Positions 35,251 to 45,217 of a stretch of 64,000 nucleotides of DNA are shown here, in pieces; position 1 is the stretch's first letter; every line of letters starts with the position of its first letter. Below the pieces are notes generated by a model that was given only the letters and a program-made list of their open reading frames with translations, searched no databases and was not told the DNA's origin. Both the position numbers and the translations under genes were made by a program. This DNA comes from Candidatus Nomurabacteria bacterium (GTDB lineage: Bacteria > Patescibacteriota > Minisyncoccia > Phycocordibacterales > SBAW01), in assembly GCA_943356495.1 (NCBI GenBank), contig CALRFF010000002.1:12596-76595 (forward strand). Reading direction: 5' to 3'.

Positions 35251-37104
35251 ATGATGAAGCAGGGTGCCAATCTTAACACTGCACAACAGGAAGCCGTTTT
35301 GGCAACAGAGGGACCGCTTTTGGTACTGGCGGGGGCGGGGGCGGGCAAGACAAAAGTGATTGCCGAGCGCATTGCCCAAATAGTAAGGCAGGGCATAGCA
35401 CCCGAAAAAGTGCTGGCAATCACCTTTACCAACAAGGCTGCGGGGGAAATGCGGGAGCGGATTATCCCCGGGCCCTTTGTATCGACCTTTCATAGCCTTG
35501 GGCTCGTACTTATAAAGGAGAACTACCGCCTGATGGGGCTCAAGCGCTTTCCTTCTATATATGATCGGGCGGACTCCCTGCGGGAAATGAAGCAGGCGCT
35601 CAAAGCGATAGGCGCCGAGGACATCGAGCCGCGGGCGGCGCTGGCTATGGCGAGCCGGCAAAAAGGGGCGGGCGTTACGGCAAGCGAGTATGCCGAGGGT
35701 CCCGAAAGTCCGTACGAGCGGCAGATAGCGCTGGCGTGGCTTAAGTACGAACAAGCACTAGGCAAAGACAGCGCCATGGACTTTGACGACCTGCTACTGC
35801 GCTCGATGCGCCTGTTGCGCGACAACCCCGAGGTGCGTAAAAAATATCAGGAGCGTTGGACCTACTTGCACATCGACGAATACCAAGACACCAACGTGGT
35901 ACAAGCACAGCTCGCGGAACTTTTGGTGGGCCCCGCGCGCAACATCTGCGCGGTCGGCGACATCGACCAAACTATTTACGGCTGGCGCGGCGCGGAGATA
36001 GCCAACATTTTGTCGTTCGAAAAAAAATATCCCGGAGGGAAAGTAGTATTTTTAGAGCAGAATTACCGCTCGACCAAAACTATATTGGCCGCGGCCAACG
36101 AAGTGATAGCAAAAAATATCTACCGCCGCGAAAAACATTTGTTTACCGACAACCCCGACGGCGAACCGCTGAGTTTGTATATTGCATTCGACGAGTTGGA
36201 CGAGGCGGGTTTTATCGCGCGCAAAATAAAAGAGCTGGTAGCAGAGGGTAAACAGCCGCGAGACTTTGCCGTGCTGTACCGCGCCAACTTTCAGTCACGC
36301 GCAATAGAAGAGCAGCTGCTTGCCGCCGACGTACCGCACCAAGTGCTTGGCACGCGCTTTTTTGAGCGCAAAGAAGTTAAAGACGTGCTGTCGTTTATCC
36401 GCGGCGCCGTACAAGGCGGTGCGGTAGACATTGCGCGCGCGGTGGGCGCCATACCGCGCGGAATAGGGAAGGTAACACTTTTAAAAATGCTGTCGGGCGA
36501 GCCGGCGGGCGAAAAGGCTGCTGCTTTTTACCGGCAACTGCAAAAAATAAAAGAGGCCGCAGAGCTGTTGCCGCCCTCGCAGCTAGTGCGTTTGGTTATC
36601 ACCGAAAGCGGTATGGAGCGCCATTTTAAAGAAGACAAATATGAGGGTGCCGAGCGGCTAGAGAACCTGCGTGAGCTGGCGACACTTGCGGCGCGCTACG
36701 ACAAACTGCCTATAGGCGAGGGGTTGCAGGCATTTTTGGAGTCCGCGGCGCTCGCGAGCGACCAAGACGAGCTTAAAGACGAGCAAAATGCCGTGCGCCT
36801 AATGACCGTCCACGCGGCCAAAGGGCTCGAGTTTGTACAGGTGTTTATTACGGGGCTTGAAGAGGGTTTGTTTCCGTACGAGCGGCAGGACAGCGACGCC
36901 GCCGACAAAGAGGAGGAGCGCCGCCTGATGTACGTAGCGCTTACTCGTGCGCGCGAAAAAATATTTTTGTGCTACGCTTCGTACCGCACAATATTTGGCG
37001 CCAAAATGCCTACGGTACCGTCGCAATTTTTGGGCGACATTTCCGACGACCTAAAACAAAACGAAAATCCGGAGCGCTTGGGCCGCACAATTTACCTCGA
37101 CTAA
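35251..37104 (+). CDS. uvrD: UvrD/PcrA DNA helicase
   Basis: AGAGAGKT, TFTNKAA, DEYQDTN, QNYRST, MTVHAAKGLEF, EERRLMYVALTRA. Confidence 0.95.
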   Translation: MMKQGANLNTAQQEAVLATEGPLLVLAGAGAGKTKVIAERIAQIVRQGIAPEKVLAITFTNKAAGEMRERIIPGPFVSTFHSLGLVLIKENYRLMGLKRFPSIYDRADSLREMKQALKAIGAEDIEPRAALAMASRQKGAGVTASEYAEGPESPYERQIALAWLKYEQALGKDSAMDFDDLLLRSMRLLRDNPEVRKKYQERWTYLHIDEYQDTNVVQAQLAELLVGPARNICAVGDIDQTIYGWRGAEIANILSFEKKYPGGKVVFLEQNYRSTKTILAAANEVIAKNIYRREKHLFTDNPDGEPLSLYIAFDELDEAGFIARKIKELVAEGKQPRDFAVLYRANFQSRAIEEQLLAADVPHQVLGTRFFERKEVKDVLSFIRGAVQGGAVDIARAVGAIPRGIGKVTLLKMLSGEPAGEKAAAFYRQLQKIKEAAELLPPSQLVRLVITESGMERHFKEDKYEGAERLENLRELATLAARYDKLPIGEGLQAFLESAALASDQDELKDEQNAVRLMTVHAAKGLEFVQVFITGLEEGLFPYERQDSDAADKEEERRLMYVALTRAREKIFLCYASYRTIFGAKMPTVPSQFLGDISDDLKQNENPERLGRTIYLD

Positions 37105-37106
37105 TT

Positions 37107-37832
37107 ATGTTAAAGAAAAAAAGCTTAGGTCAACATTTTTTAAACGCGCAAAGTTATTTGCGTGCCGTTGCCGACGCGGCAGAGATCGCGGCGGGGGAGC
37201 GCGTGCTTGAGATAGGCCCCGGCGAAGGCGCACTGACCGCGGTGTTGCTCGAGCGCGGCGCGCATGTAACCGCTATCGAAAAAGATTCCCGCCTGATACC
37301 CCTGCTTAAAGAAAAATTCGCCGGCAAGAAATTTGAAGTGGTAGAAGACGATGCGTTAATGTATGAACCACAGTTACAAAACTATAAAGTAGTGGGGAAT
37401 ATCCCGTACTATATTACCGGCGCATTACTGAAGAAATTTCTTTCCGGCGAGGTACAGCCGAGCGCCTTAGTGTTCTTGGTACAAAAAGAAGTTGCCGAGC
37501 GCATTGCGCGGTCAACAAAAGAAAGCATTCTCTCGCTTTCGGTAAAAGCATACGGGGAACCTACATATATTAAGACCGTGCCGGCGGGAGCATTTTCTCC
37601 GCCGCCCAAAGTAGACTCGGCGATTCTGCGCGTTACCGGCGTATCAAGAAAAAACTTTGCAGACAAACAGCACGAAGCGCGTTTTTTCGAACTCCTTAAA
37701 AAAGGATTCGGGCAGAAGCGAAAACTGTTGAAATCAAATCTCAAACCCCTGCTCGGCGAACGCGCCGAAGCATTGGGAGCTGTCCGTGCTGAAGATATAA
37801 GCCTAGGGGAGTGGCTAAAGTTGTCGGCTTAA
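37107..37832 (+). CDS. rsmA: 16S rRNA adenine dimethyltransferase
   Basis: KKSLGQHFL, EIGPG.G, NIPY, QKEVAER, F.P.PKVDS. Confidence 0.96.
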   Translation: MLKKKSLGQHFLNAQSYLRAVADAAEIAAGERVLEIGPGEGALTAVLLERGAHVTAIEKDSRLIPLLKEKFAGKKFEVVEDDALMYEPQLQNYKVVGNIPYYITGALLKKFLSGEVQPSALVFLVQKEVAERIARSTKESILSLSVKAYGEPTYIKTVPAGAFSPPPKVDSAILRVTGVSRKNFADKQHEARFFELLKKGFGQKRKLLKSNLKPLLGERAEALGAVRAEDISLGEWLKLSA

Positions 37833-38158
37833 ATACTGACGCCGTCTATTTGTATACGCTGGCCGACAAAAGGTACTTTGCCCACGACACAACCATAGGG
37901 GATATCAGCGACACCCAAAATCTGCTGCGCCACATGGACCGGCGGCAGCCCAATTGTAAGGGGTGTCCATATATAGGTGATAGGAAAGAGCCCTGCAGGC
38001 AAAATTTTAATCCAGACGGCCGGGCCACTAAGGCTCATACACGGAGTAATAGCCAGAATTTTACCCCCAAAGGAGGTCCCGAGCGCCGAAGCGTACAACG
38101 GCACCAAAAGAAGTGCCCCTGCAAGCAATCCGGCAAAAGACACAATGAAGCGATGCAT
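37829..38158 (-). CDS. Small secreted Cys-containing hypothetical protein
   Basis: Signal peptide (..YASA), FGGKI....PC and ILG...C; TATAAT 6 nt upstream. Confidence 0.7.
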   Translation of the reverse strand: MHRFIVSFAGLLAGALLLVPLYASALGTSFGGKILAITPCMSLSGPAVWIKILPAGLFPITYIWTPLTIGLPPVHVAQQILGVADIPYGCVVGKVPFVGQRIQIDGVSI

Positions 38159-38163
38159 ATTTA

Positions 38164-38175
38164 CATTATATAATG
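38164..38175. promoter_or_regulatory. Palindromic bidirectional -10 element CATTATATAATG
   Basis: TATAAT on both strands, 6 and 8 nt from the divergent ATGs at 38158 and 38183. Confidence 0.75.
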
Positions 38176-38182
38176 AATACAA

Positions 38183-39076
38183 ATGAGCCTTCAGACATAC
38201 CTGCCCAGTGCAAAATTTGCCGTCATGGCGGGGGCGATAGCACTCTCGGGCGGGTTAGTGGTAGCGGCGCAGTATGTAACCAACCCCGCGCCCAGTACTG
38301 CGGGGCTTAGCGCCGAAGCGCAGGCGGCCCAAGCGGCGCAGTCGGCAAACTGGCAGCAGGTCTTGCGCGACATAGAGTCCCAGTCGGGTATTAAAGCGCC
38401 CGAGGCGCCCAGTACCGACACGGTTAACGCCCTGCTTACCGCGGCGCAAAGCACTAATCTTACAACCCAAGTAGGCAGAACCTTGCTGGTAAGCCTTAGT
38501 AACGCCAACGCCCAAGGGCTTGGCAGCGATATCCCGACACAAGAGCAGCTCATTGCCGAAGCAACCGCCCAGCTCGACGCGCAAGCAAGCGGGCCGGCAT
38601 ATGCAGTAGGCGATTTGCAGATAACAGTCCAAAGCAGCGCGTCGGTGCGAGCCTATGGCAACGCCATAATGAAGGCACTTAACGCTCACGGCGGCGCGAG
38701 CGCCCAAAACACCTATCTTGCGATAGGCGCTATCACCGACTCCCAAAATGCCGCGGCTATTGCGGAGCTAAAAACAATAGGGGCGGCGTACCGTGCGCTT
38801 GCCGAGGCTATTGCCGAAACCCCCGTACCCCAAACCTACTCTCCGTTGCACCTACAACTCGCCAACGACTTTGCCGCTATCGCCGCAAGCTATCCGGACA
38901 TGCAAACCATGCTCGACGACCCACTGCGCGGACTTGCGGGGGTGCAGCGCTACAGCGCTCTTATTGACGAAGCGAGGCGCGTGTTAACAAACATCGCTCA
39001 GTTATTGAGTAAAGACGGTATACTTTTCAGTAAAGACGAGCCAGGCGCTGCCTGGAGCGGCTTGCTTGCCACGTAA
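38183..39076 (+). CDS. Membrane-anchored helical hypothetical protein (T4SS-like locus)
   Basis: N-terminal LPS.KF plus TM, Ala-rich helical body. Confidence 0.75.
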   Translation: MSLQTYLPSAKFAVMAGAIALSGGLVVAAQYVTNPAPSTAGLSAEAQAAQAAQSANWQQVLRDIESQSGIKAPEAPSTDTVNALLTAAQSTNLTTQVGRTLLVSLSNANAQGLGSDIPTQEQLIAEATAQLDAQASGPAYAVGDLQITVQSSASVRAYGNAIMKALNAHGGASAQNTYLAIGAITDSQNAAAIAELKTIGAAYRALAEAIAETPVPQTYSPLHLQLANDFAAIAASYPDMQTMLDDPLRGLAGVQRYSALIDEARRVLTNIAQLLSKDGILFSKDEPGAAWSGLLAT

Positions 39077-39081
39077 CTTTC

Positions 39082-41046
39082 ATGAACCGACGAACCCTTA
39101 TCACTATCCTGATCGCGGTCCTTGTGGCCGTCGTCATCGGGGCGCTGTGGTTGTGGTTTTTTAGAGGGGTCGGGACCGCGCCAGCGCCGCAAACAGGCTC
39201 CTTCGGCACCGGACAAACCCGCAATACCGGAACCACCGGCGCAAGCACCACGCCCACCAACATACCGAGCTCTATCGGACAGACGACTTCTACGGGAGGG
39301 TCAGTTACCCAAAGCGGCATTTATGTTTCGGGTATAACCGGCGGCGGCGCAGGCACCACCACAGGCGCCGCTGCGGTGCCCGGCGTTAGTTGGCTGGCGG
39401 GGGGCGCGGGCGGGATAAGCGGCGGATCGGGTACCGCATTTAACCCCAGCACCATAAACCAACTTAACAACGGACAGGTGGGCGGGAGCGTTAATGTGCT
39501 GGGCACCTTTACTACCCCGGGCGGGAGCAGCTCCGGCGGGGGAGGTCTCGGCATCGGCGGCTCGGCGGCCATTATCGCCGGCACTGCGGTCGCTTGCACC
39601 GCATTTTTACTGGGCGGAGCCGCCGGCATGTTTACCAGCTCGTCGTTTGTCGCCGTACAAGTTAACGCACCCACCGACAACAATAAAAAGTTTATGGACT
39701 GCATCGCGCGCACTATTGCGCGCGCGGCGATACAGCAAATAACGGCAAGCGTCGTCAACTGGATAAACTCCGGATTTAACGGCAAGCCCTCCTTTGTCAC
39801 CAACTACCAAAGCTTTTTTGCGAACGTGGCCGACCAAGCGGCGGGAGAGTTTATAAAAACGCAGACCAACTTTGCGCCGTACTGCACCCCGTTCCGCACG
39901 CAAATACAAATAGCGCTCGCCCAAAGCTACGCGCGCCGCAACAACGCGCAGTCGTGTACCCTTTCTACTTTATTAAGCGGTACAGGCATAAACCTATTCG
40001 GTAAAAACACGGGGGGCACTACCGGTTGGGGAAATTTTATCTCCTTTACCACCGTACCGAGCAACAACCCCTACGGCTCCTACATGAGCGCGCAGGCACA
40101 ACTGCAAAGCACGCTCTTGCAAGCAAACCAAAATGCTAATCGCAACATTTCTACCGGCGGGTTCCTTAACTTCCAGCAGCCGTACGATTGCCAAGCCACC
40201 GTGCCGCAGGCGGGAGAAACAGCGGGCACTAATGGCGGCGGAGGTGCGGGGGGCAGTATAAACTTCGGCGGCTCATCACAAAACTACGGCTATTCCTGCC
40301 CGTCCAACTGCAAGTGCAAAATTACGACTCCCGGAGGCATTATCGAAAGTTCATTAAGCAAAACGCTCAGCGTGTCGCAAGACACGCTTACGCAGGCGGG
40401 CATCTCGGGCAGTTTTGACGCTATTATCAGCGCGCTTATAAGCCAATTGATGACCCGCGCGCTCCAAGGCGGCGTGTCTAACCTTAGCGGCACCAGCGGC
40501 TATGCTTCGTACTACCTGACCGCCGACCAGCAGGCGGCGCAAACAAACGGGCAAGGGCTCCTTACCCAACTGCAAGGGTTGGTGGTAATGGCGCAGCAGT
40601 TCGGACAAAACAAGCAGGGCAGCGCGCAGGATATACAAAATGCGCAGAGCCAACTTAATGGCCTTGCCAACTGCTGGCAAACGGCCGCGTCCTCGACGGC
40701 ACTTACCGATACCAAACAAAATATCGCCTTCAACAACGCGCAGAACGCGCTTGCAACATTGCGCTCTTACGACGGGCAAATTGACAGTATCAACGGCCAG
40801 ATAACCCGGGCCAACGCGGCCGTGGCGCTGTTGCAAGACCTACAGACTCGTACGCTCGGCGTCGGTTCGACGGCAGAGGTGTCGGCTATACAAAACGCGC
40901 TTGCCGCCGCCGAGGCGCGGGGCGGTATCATAGGACAAGCGGACATTACCACCGCGGCGCAAGACCGCACGACTCTGCAATCGCAGCTAAACTCTCTCAG
41001 CAGAACAGTAGACTCGCAGCTCTCCCAATGCTATGCGTTCCAATAA
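39082..41046 (+). CDS. Large membrane-anchored Gly/Thr-rich, Cys-containing protein (T4SS-like locus)
   Basis: TM anchor, Gly-rich linker, hydrophobic segment, VVNWINSGFNGKPSFV block, paired Cys, Gln-rich coiled coil. Confidence 0.8.
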   Translation: MNRRTLITILIAVLVAVVIGALWLWFFRGVGTAPAPQTGSFGTGQTRNTGTTGASTTPTNIPSSIGQTTSTGGSVTQSGIYVSGITGGGAGTTTGAAAVPGVSWLAGGAGGISGGSGTAFNPSTINQLNNGQVGGSVNVLGTFTTPGGSSSGGGGLGIGGSAAIIAGTAVACTAFLLGGAAGMFTSSSFVAVQVNAPTDNNKKFMDCIARTIARAAIQQITASVVNWINSGFNGKPSFVTNYQSFFANVADQAAGEFIKTQTNFAPYCTPFRTQIQIALAQSYARRNNAQSCTLSTLLSGTGINLFGKNTGGTTGWGNFISFTTVPSNNPYGSYMSAQAQLQSTLLQANQNANRNISTGGFLNFQQPYDCQATVPQAGETAGTNGGGGAGGSINFGGSSQNYGYSCPSNCKCKITTPGGIIESSLSKTLSVSQDTLTQAGISGSFDAIISALISQLMTRALQGGVSNLSGTSGYASYYLTADQQAAQTNGQGLLTQLQGLVVMAQQFGQNKQGSAQDIQNAQSQLNGLANCWQTAASSTALTDTKQNIAFNNAQNALATLRSYDGQIDSINGQITRANAAVALLQDLQTRTLGVGSTAEVSAIQNALAAAEARGGIIGQADITTAAQDRTTLQSQLNSLSRTVDSQLSQCYAFQ

Positions 41047-43519
41047 ATACATAATTTATTTTTTTGCGCTCGTGGCGCTTATAGTGGCCCCCGTGAGCCT
41101 GACTTCTTACAAGGGCACCTTAAAAATTGAGCCTGCAAAAGTCCAGGCTGCCGTTATTTGCAAACAAGGGGGGAGTTTTACTTCTTTTCCGAGCACTTGT
41201 CCCTTTGGCTTTACCAATGCTTCAGAAAGCGAGTCCGCTGCTTATACAAACAATCCCGCGAACGCAGCCGACTTGGCCCGTACTAAAAAAGCGGAGACTG
41301 ACCCATATGGCACAGCCAACAATGCTTGTTCAGGCCTCACCGGATGTCTTGCTTGGGTTATGTATTGGATAGGCCCCGGCTTTGCTTCGTGGGTAGCCTC
41401 AATAGCAGCTTTTTTCTTTAATTACATAGTCAAGATTTCTCTCAACAGCACCGCCTATGCGCTCGGGTTTTTGACCACCAGCTGGAGTTTAGTACTCAAC
41501 CTCGCCAACATGTTCTTTATTTTTATTCTCATATATACCGCGTTCGTAATTATGCTGAAGGCGGAGACCACGCGCACCATGCAAACACTGGCGTGGGTTA
41601 TCGCAATCGCGCTGGTGGTTAACTTTAGCTTTTTCTTTACGCGCGTAGTGATAGACGCGGGGAATATTCTTGGCGTACAGTTTTACAACGGCATCATCGC
41701 ACAACCTAATATAGCAGGGGTGACTATCACCAACGAGCCAAATGCGCCTGTTGATATCACACGCGGCATCATGCAAGCGCTCGGGGTAGAAAAACCACTT
41801 ACACAACAAGGATTTACAAACGCACAGGCAGTAACAGGCAACAATGCATGGAGCACTCTACTTGTTTTAACAGTCGTATTTCTCTCTACCGCGGTCATGT
41901 TTTGGATGCTCGCGCTTGGACTGATAATGATTGCCATCAAGTTTCTTATCCGTATTGTAGGATTATGGCTCGTGCTTATCGCCTCACCGATCGCTTTTGT
42001 TTCTAAAACACTACCAAAAACCCAACATTTTTTTGAGATGTGGTTGCGAACGCTGGTAAGCTTTGCCTTCTATCCGGCGATATTTCTCTTTATGTTCTAC
42101 GTACTCAACATGTTTGTGGCGGACCTTGCAGGCAACAAATTGTTTGCGGCACTCTCAAGTAAGCAGGGCATGGCAACAGATTTAAATCCATTGCCGCTTA
42201 TCGCCCAACTTGCGGAAATATTTATCCGCATGGGATTCCTTATCGTCATGATGTACATCATGCTTAAGGTTGCCGATTGGATTATGGACCAAGCCGGCGG
42301 TATGGCGGGCACGATTATGAACAAAGCGAGTGGGGCTATTTTGGGCGGCGGCTTCCGTGGAGCCGGAGTTGCACTTCGTGCCACGTCAGCGACTGGTGCA
42401 TTTGCTGGACGTAACGTAGGAGGTCGCGGAGCATTTGCGACACTACAAAATTCAACAATTAAATCTTGGGAAGGACAGAGTGGCCTGCGCGGTACTTTGT
42501 GGCGCGGCCTCACAGGTGTCAGCAAAGGTACTTGGGATATACGTAACGCCCCTGGTGGCAGCATATTGAAAAAAGCCACCTCAAAAATCGTAGGCGATGT
42601 CAATGTTGGTACTGCAAGTAAACGTAACTTTGCCAAAACAGTCGCCGACAAGGCCAAGCGTGACGAAGAACGTGGAAAGACCCTTAAAGCGTCCGAAGGG
42701 GAAATCTGGAATGCACAACAAGACTTCCAAAATAGGTATGATACACGAAACGGCCCAGGTTCCTACACAACCAGAATAAACGACCTACAGACACGTATGC
42801 GAATGGCGCGGGAGGAGGCTGTGCGACAGCACGCTAGAGCAGCTCTCGACCCAGCAGGAGCGGCAGGATTTAAAGCACTCGCTAGAACTAACGAGAATGA
42901 AGAAAGACGGCTGGCTGGAGAACTTAAAAACCATACCGAGCAAGGTAAGAAAATCGCAGAAGATTTTGCAAAAACACGCATAATGCAATTTGCCGATAGG
43001 CTCGATAAGAGAAATGTTGAGGGTAATATGTTTAATCCGTCATGGGGTCATGTCGAAGGCGCTGCGCGACTCAGAAAACTGGTTGAAGGAAAAACTTCTA
43101 CCCAAAAAATTAAGGATGCTGTGAAAGAAGCCACTGAAGAAGATGGTGATGATCACCCGCCAGCGGGAGGTGGCGGTGCAGGAGGTGGAGGACATGGCCC
43201 CACAGCACCGGCAGGAGGAGCACATGGTGCGGGCGGAGGAGGTTCGGCCTTTACCAAAGCGGCCGGTACTGAGCATGCGCTTGCCGACGCAATAAGAGAG
43301 GCCAGCGAAAAAACACATAAAGACTTTAAGAATTTGGAGAAAAGTCTGCATGAAGCTGCGGGGAGTAACGGACCTGCCCATGTTCCCACAACAGAGCCCA
43401 CTCTCAATGTTAAAAAAATGAGCCAAAACATCGCCGACCGTCTTGGCGAACATCTGCAGCCGGGTAATACGCCGCCTACTACCCCCAAGCCGCCCGAAAA
43501 ACCGGAAGAGAAGAAATAA
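41033..43519 (+). CDS. Extended VirB6/TrbL-like polytopic membrane protein
   Basis: W....NLAN.FFI.IL, ALVVNFS.FF..V.ID..N, RIV.LW...I.SP.AF, W...L...F.P core; long charged Gly-rich C-terminal tail. Confidence 0.65.
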   Translation: MRSNKYIIYFFALVALIVAPVSLTSYKGTLKIEPAKVQAAVICKQGGSFTSFPSTCPFGFTNASESESAAYTNNPANAADLARTKKAETDPYGTANNACSGLTGCLAWVMYWIGPGFASWVASIAAFFFNYIVKISLNSTAYALGFLTTSWSLVLNLANMFFIFILIYTAFVIMLKAETTRTMQTLAWVIAIALVVNFSFFFTRVVIDAGNILGVQFYNGIIAQPNIAGVTITNEPNAPVDITRGIMQALGVEKPLTQQGFTNAQAVTGNNAWSTLLVLTVVFLSTAVMFWMLALGLIMIAIKFLIRIVGLWLVLIASPIAFVSKTLPKTQHFFEMWLRTLVSFAFYPAIFLFMFYVLNMFVADLAGNKLFAALSSKQGMATDLNPLPLIAQLAEIFIRMGFLIVMMYIMLKVADWIMDQAGGMAGTIMNKASGAILGGGFRGAGVALRATSATGAFAGRNVGGRGAFATLQNSTIKSWEGQSGLRGTLWRGLTGVSKGTWDIRNAPGGSILKKATSKIVGDVNVGTASKRNFAKTVADKAKRDEERGKTLKASEGEIWNAQQDFQNRYDTRNGPGSYTTRINDLQTRMRMAREEAVRQHARAALDPAGAAGFKALARTNENEERRLAGELKNHTEQGKKIAEDFAKTRIMQFADRLDKRNVEGNMFNPSWGHVEGAARLRKLVEGKTSTQKIKDAVKEATEEDGDDHPPAGGGGAGGGGHGPTAPAGGAHGAGGGGSAFTKAAGTEHALADAIREASEKTHKDFKNLEKSLHEAAGSNGPAHVPTTEPTLNVKKMSQNIADRLGEHLQPGNTPPTTPKPPEKPEEKK

Positions 43520-43540
43520 TTACCCCTAACCACAAGGCTT

Positions 43541-44092
43541 ATGGACACTACCGTTGCAGCACAAATAGAAAAACGCCTTGCCGAGCTCCCTGAAGACGTC
43601 CGCGCGGCTGTTATGTCGGTCGAGTGGGAAGAAAAGGTACGACAGATAGCCGGCAAACACGCCTTGCATATAGACCAGACCGGCGCGCTGGGCGACACCA
43701 CTCTTATGGCGATGCTCGGGTTCTTCGATATGGCCGACTTTCCGGTCCATCTCACTGAGGAGCTTAAAATACCTACTGATCAAGCCGCCGCCATAGGGGG
43801 AGAGATAACGGCTGAGGTCTTCAGACCCATACGCGAGTCGCTCAAAAAGTTTACCGAAGGAAACAAAGCGACTATACCCGCTCCGACGGCACCCAAACCC
43901 GACCTTGTAGCCGCCGAGGCCATGTTACAAGCCAAAACAGTGAGTGCACCCGCTCCGGCGGTGCCCGCCCAACCCGTAGTACCCCAAAAAACTGTCCCTA
44001 CAGCGGCGCCTGTCATGCCGCCAATAGCAAAACAAGAGCCGCCGAAGCCCGGCGCGTATGCCGCCGACCCGTACCGCGAGCCGCCGCTATGA
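43541..44092 (+). CDS. Hypothetical cytoplasmic protein (T4SS-like locus)
   Basis: LPEDVR.A..S, LHIDQ.G.L, VF.PIRESL, Pro-rich tail ending DPYREP. Confidence 0.75.
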   Translation: MDTTVAAQIEKRLAELPEDVRAAVMSVEWEEKVRQIAGKHALHIDQTGALGDTTLMAMLGFFDMADFPVHLTEELKIPTDQAAAIGGEITAEVFRPIRESLKKFTEGNKATIPAPTAPKPDLVAAEAMLQAKTVSAPAPAVPAQPVVPQKTVPTAAPVMPPIAKQEPPKPGAYAADPYREPPL

Positions 44093-44116
44093 AAACCTAC
44101 GCTATACTTGTAAGTA

Positions 44117-44557
44117 ATGGCGCAGTACCAAGTACCCCAGTTTATTGAGGTTGAGGATAAGATTTTCGGCCCCCTGACGCTCAAGCAATTTATCTATCTT
44201 GCCGGCGGGGCGGGGATATGTCTTATGTTCTTTACGCTTCTGCCGTTTTGGCTGATGTTTATCTTGTCTGTACCGGTTATGTCCTTTTCGGCGGCACTCG
44301 CCTTTTACAAAATAAACGGGCGGCCGTTTATCGTGGCGCTTGAGCATGCGGCATCATATACCTTTGGCAGCAAGCTTTATTTGTGGAAGCAGCGCGAGGC
44401 AAAAGCCAGTACCGAAGTGCAAAACGCCCCCGCGACAGCTGCGCCGGTGCCCAGACTCTCTAACAGCAAGCTTAAAGATCTGTCGTGGTCGCTCAATATT
44501 AAAGACCGCAACCAAATGGGCGTCACGTCGACGGAGCGCAGCGGGTTTGAAGTCTAA
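44117..44557 (+). CDS. PrgI family (VirB3-like) membrane protein
   Basis: QVPQFIEVEDKIFGPLTLKQF, two TMs, INGRPF. Confidence 0.85.
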   Translation: MAQYQVPQFIEVEDKIFGPLTLKQFIYLAGGAGICLMFFTLLPFWLMFILSVPVMSFSAALAFYKINGRPFIVALEHAASYTFGSKLYLWKQREAKASTEVQNAPATAAPVPRLSNSKLKDLSWSLNIKDRNQMGVTSTERSGFEV

Positions 44558-44562
44558 TTACT

Positions 44563-45216
44563 ATGGCTACCAATACCTCTCCACAAGTTACGGCGCAGGC
44601 AACACAGGACTTTGTGCCTATAAAAGAGGTGCGCGACGGCATTGTAATACTTAAAGACGGCTCCCTACGGTCACTACTTATGGCGTCGAGCATCAACTTG
44701 GCGCTCAAGTCGCAGGACGAACAACAGGCGATTATCGGGCAATTTCAAAATTTTCTTAACTCGCTGGAGTTTACAGTGCAGTTTTTTGTCCAAAGCCGCG
44801 AGTTGGACATACGCCCCTATATCGCCCTGCTTGAAGAGCGGTTGGTGGCCGAGCTTGATGACCTGATGAAGATACAGATACGCGAGTACATTACCTTCAT
44901 TAAAGACTTTACCGAGCGGGCCAATATTATGACTAAAAACTTTTTTATCGTCGTGCCGTACGACCCCGCGCTTATCGCGCGCGGTACGGGCATCGCATCG
45001 TTTATCCCCGGGAGAGGCAGTTCTTCGACCACGCTTACCGACGAGCAGTTTGAGCAGTACCGCACCCAGCTCGAGCAGCGTATCGCCGTTATCGAGCAGG
45101 GGCTGGTGCGCACGGGCGTGCGCGTAGTGGGCCTAGGGACCGAAGAGGTGATAGAGCTCTTTTACAAACTCTTTAACCCCGGCGAACTAGAGAAGCCGCT
45201 GCAGCTCGTTAAATAA
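44563..45216 (+). CDS. VirB4/TraC N-terminal-like accessory protein
   Basis: I..V.DG...LKDG, NLALKS..EQ.AII..FQ.FLNSL, K.FFIVVP; lies between prgI and the VirB4 ATPase. Confidence 0.7.
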   Translation: MATNTSPQVTAQATQDFVPIKEVRDGIVILKDGSLRSLLMASSINLALKSQDEQQAIIGQFQNFLNSLEFTVQFFVQSRELDIRPYIALLEERLVAELDDLMKIQIREYITFIKDFTERANIMTKNFFIVVPYDPALIARGTGIASFIPGRGSSSTTLTDEQFEQYRTQLEQRIAVIEQGLVRTGVRVVGLGTEEVIELFYKLFNPGELEKPLQLVK

Positions 45217-45217
45217 T

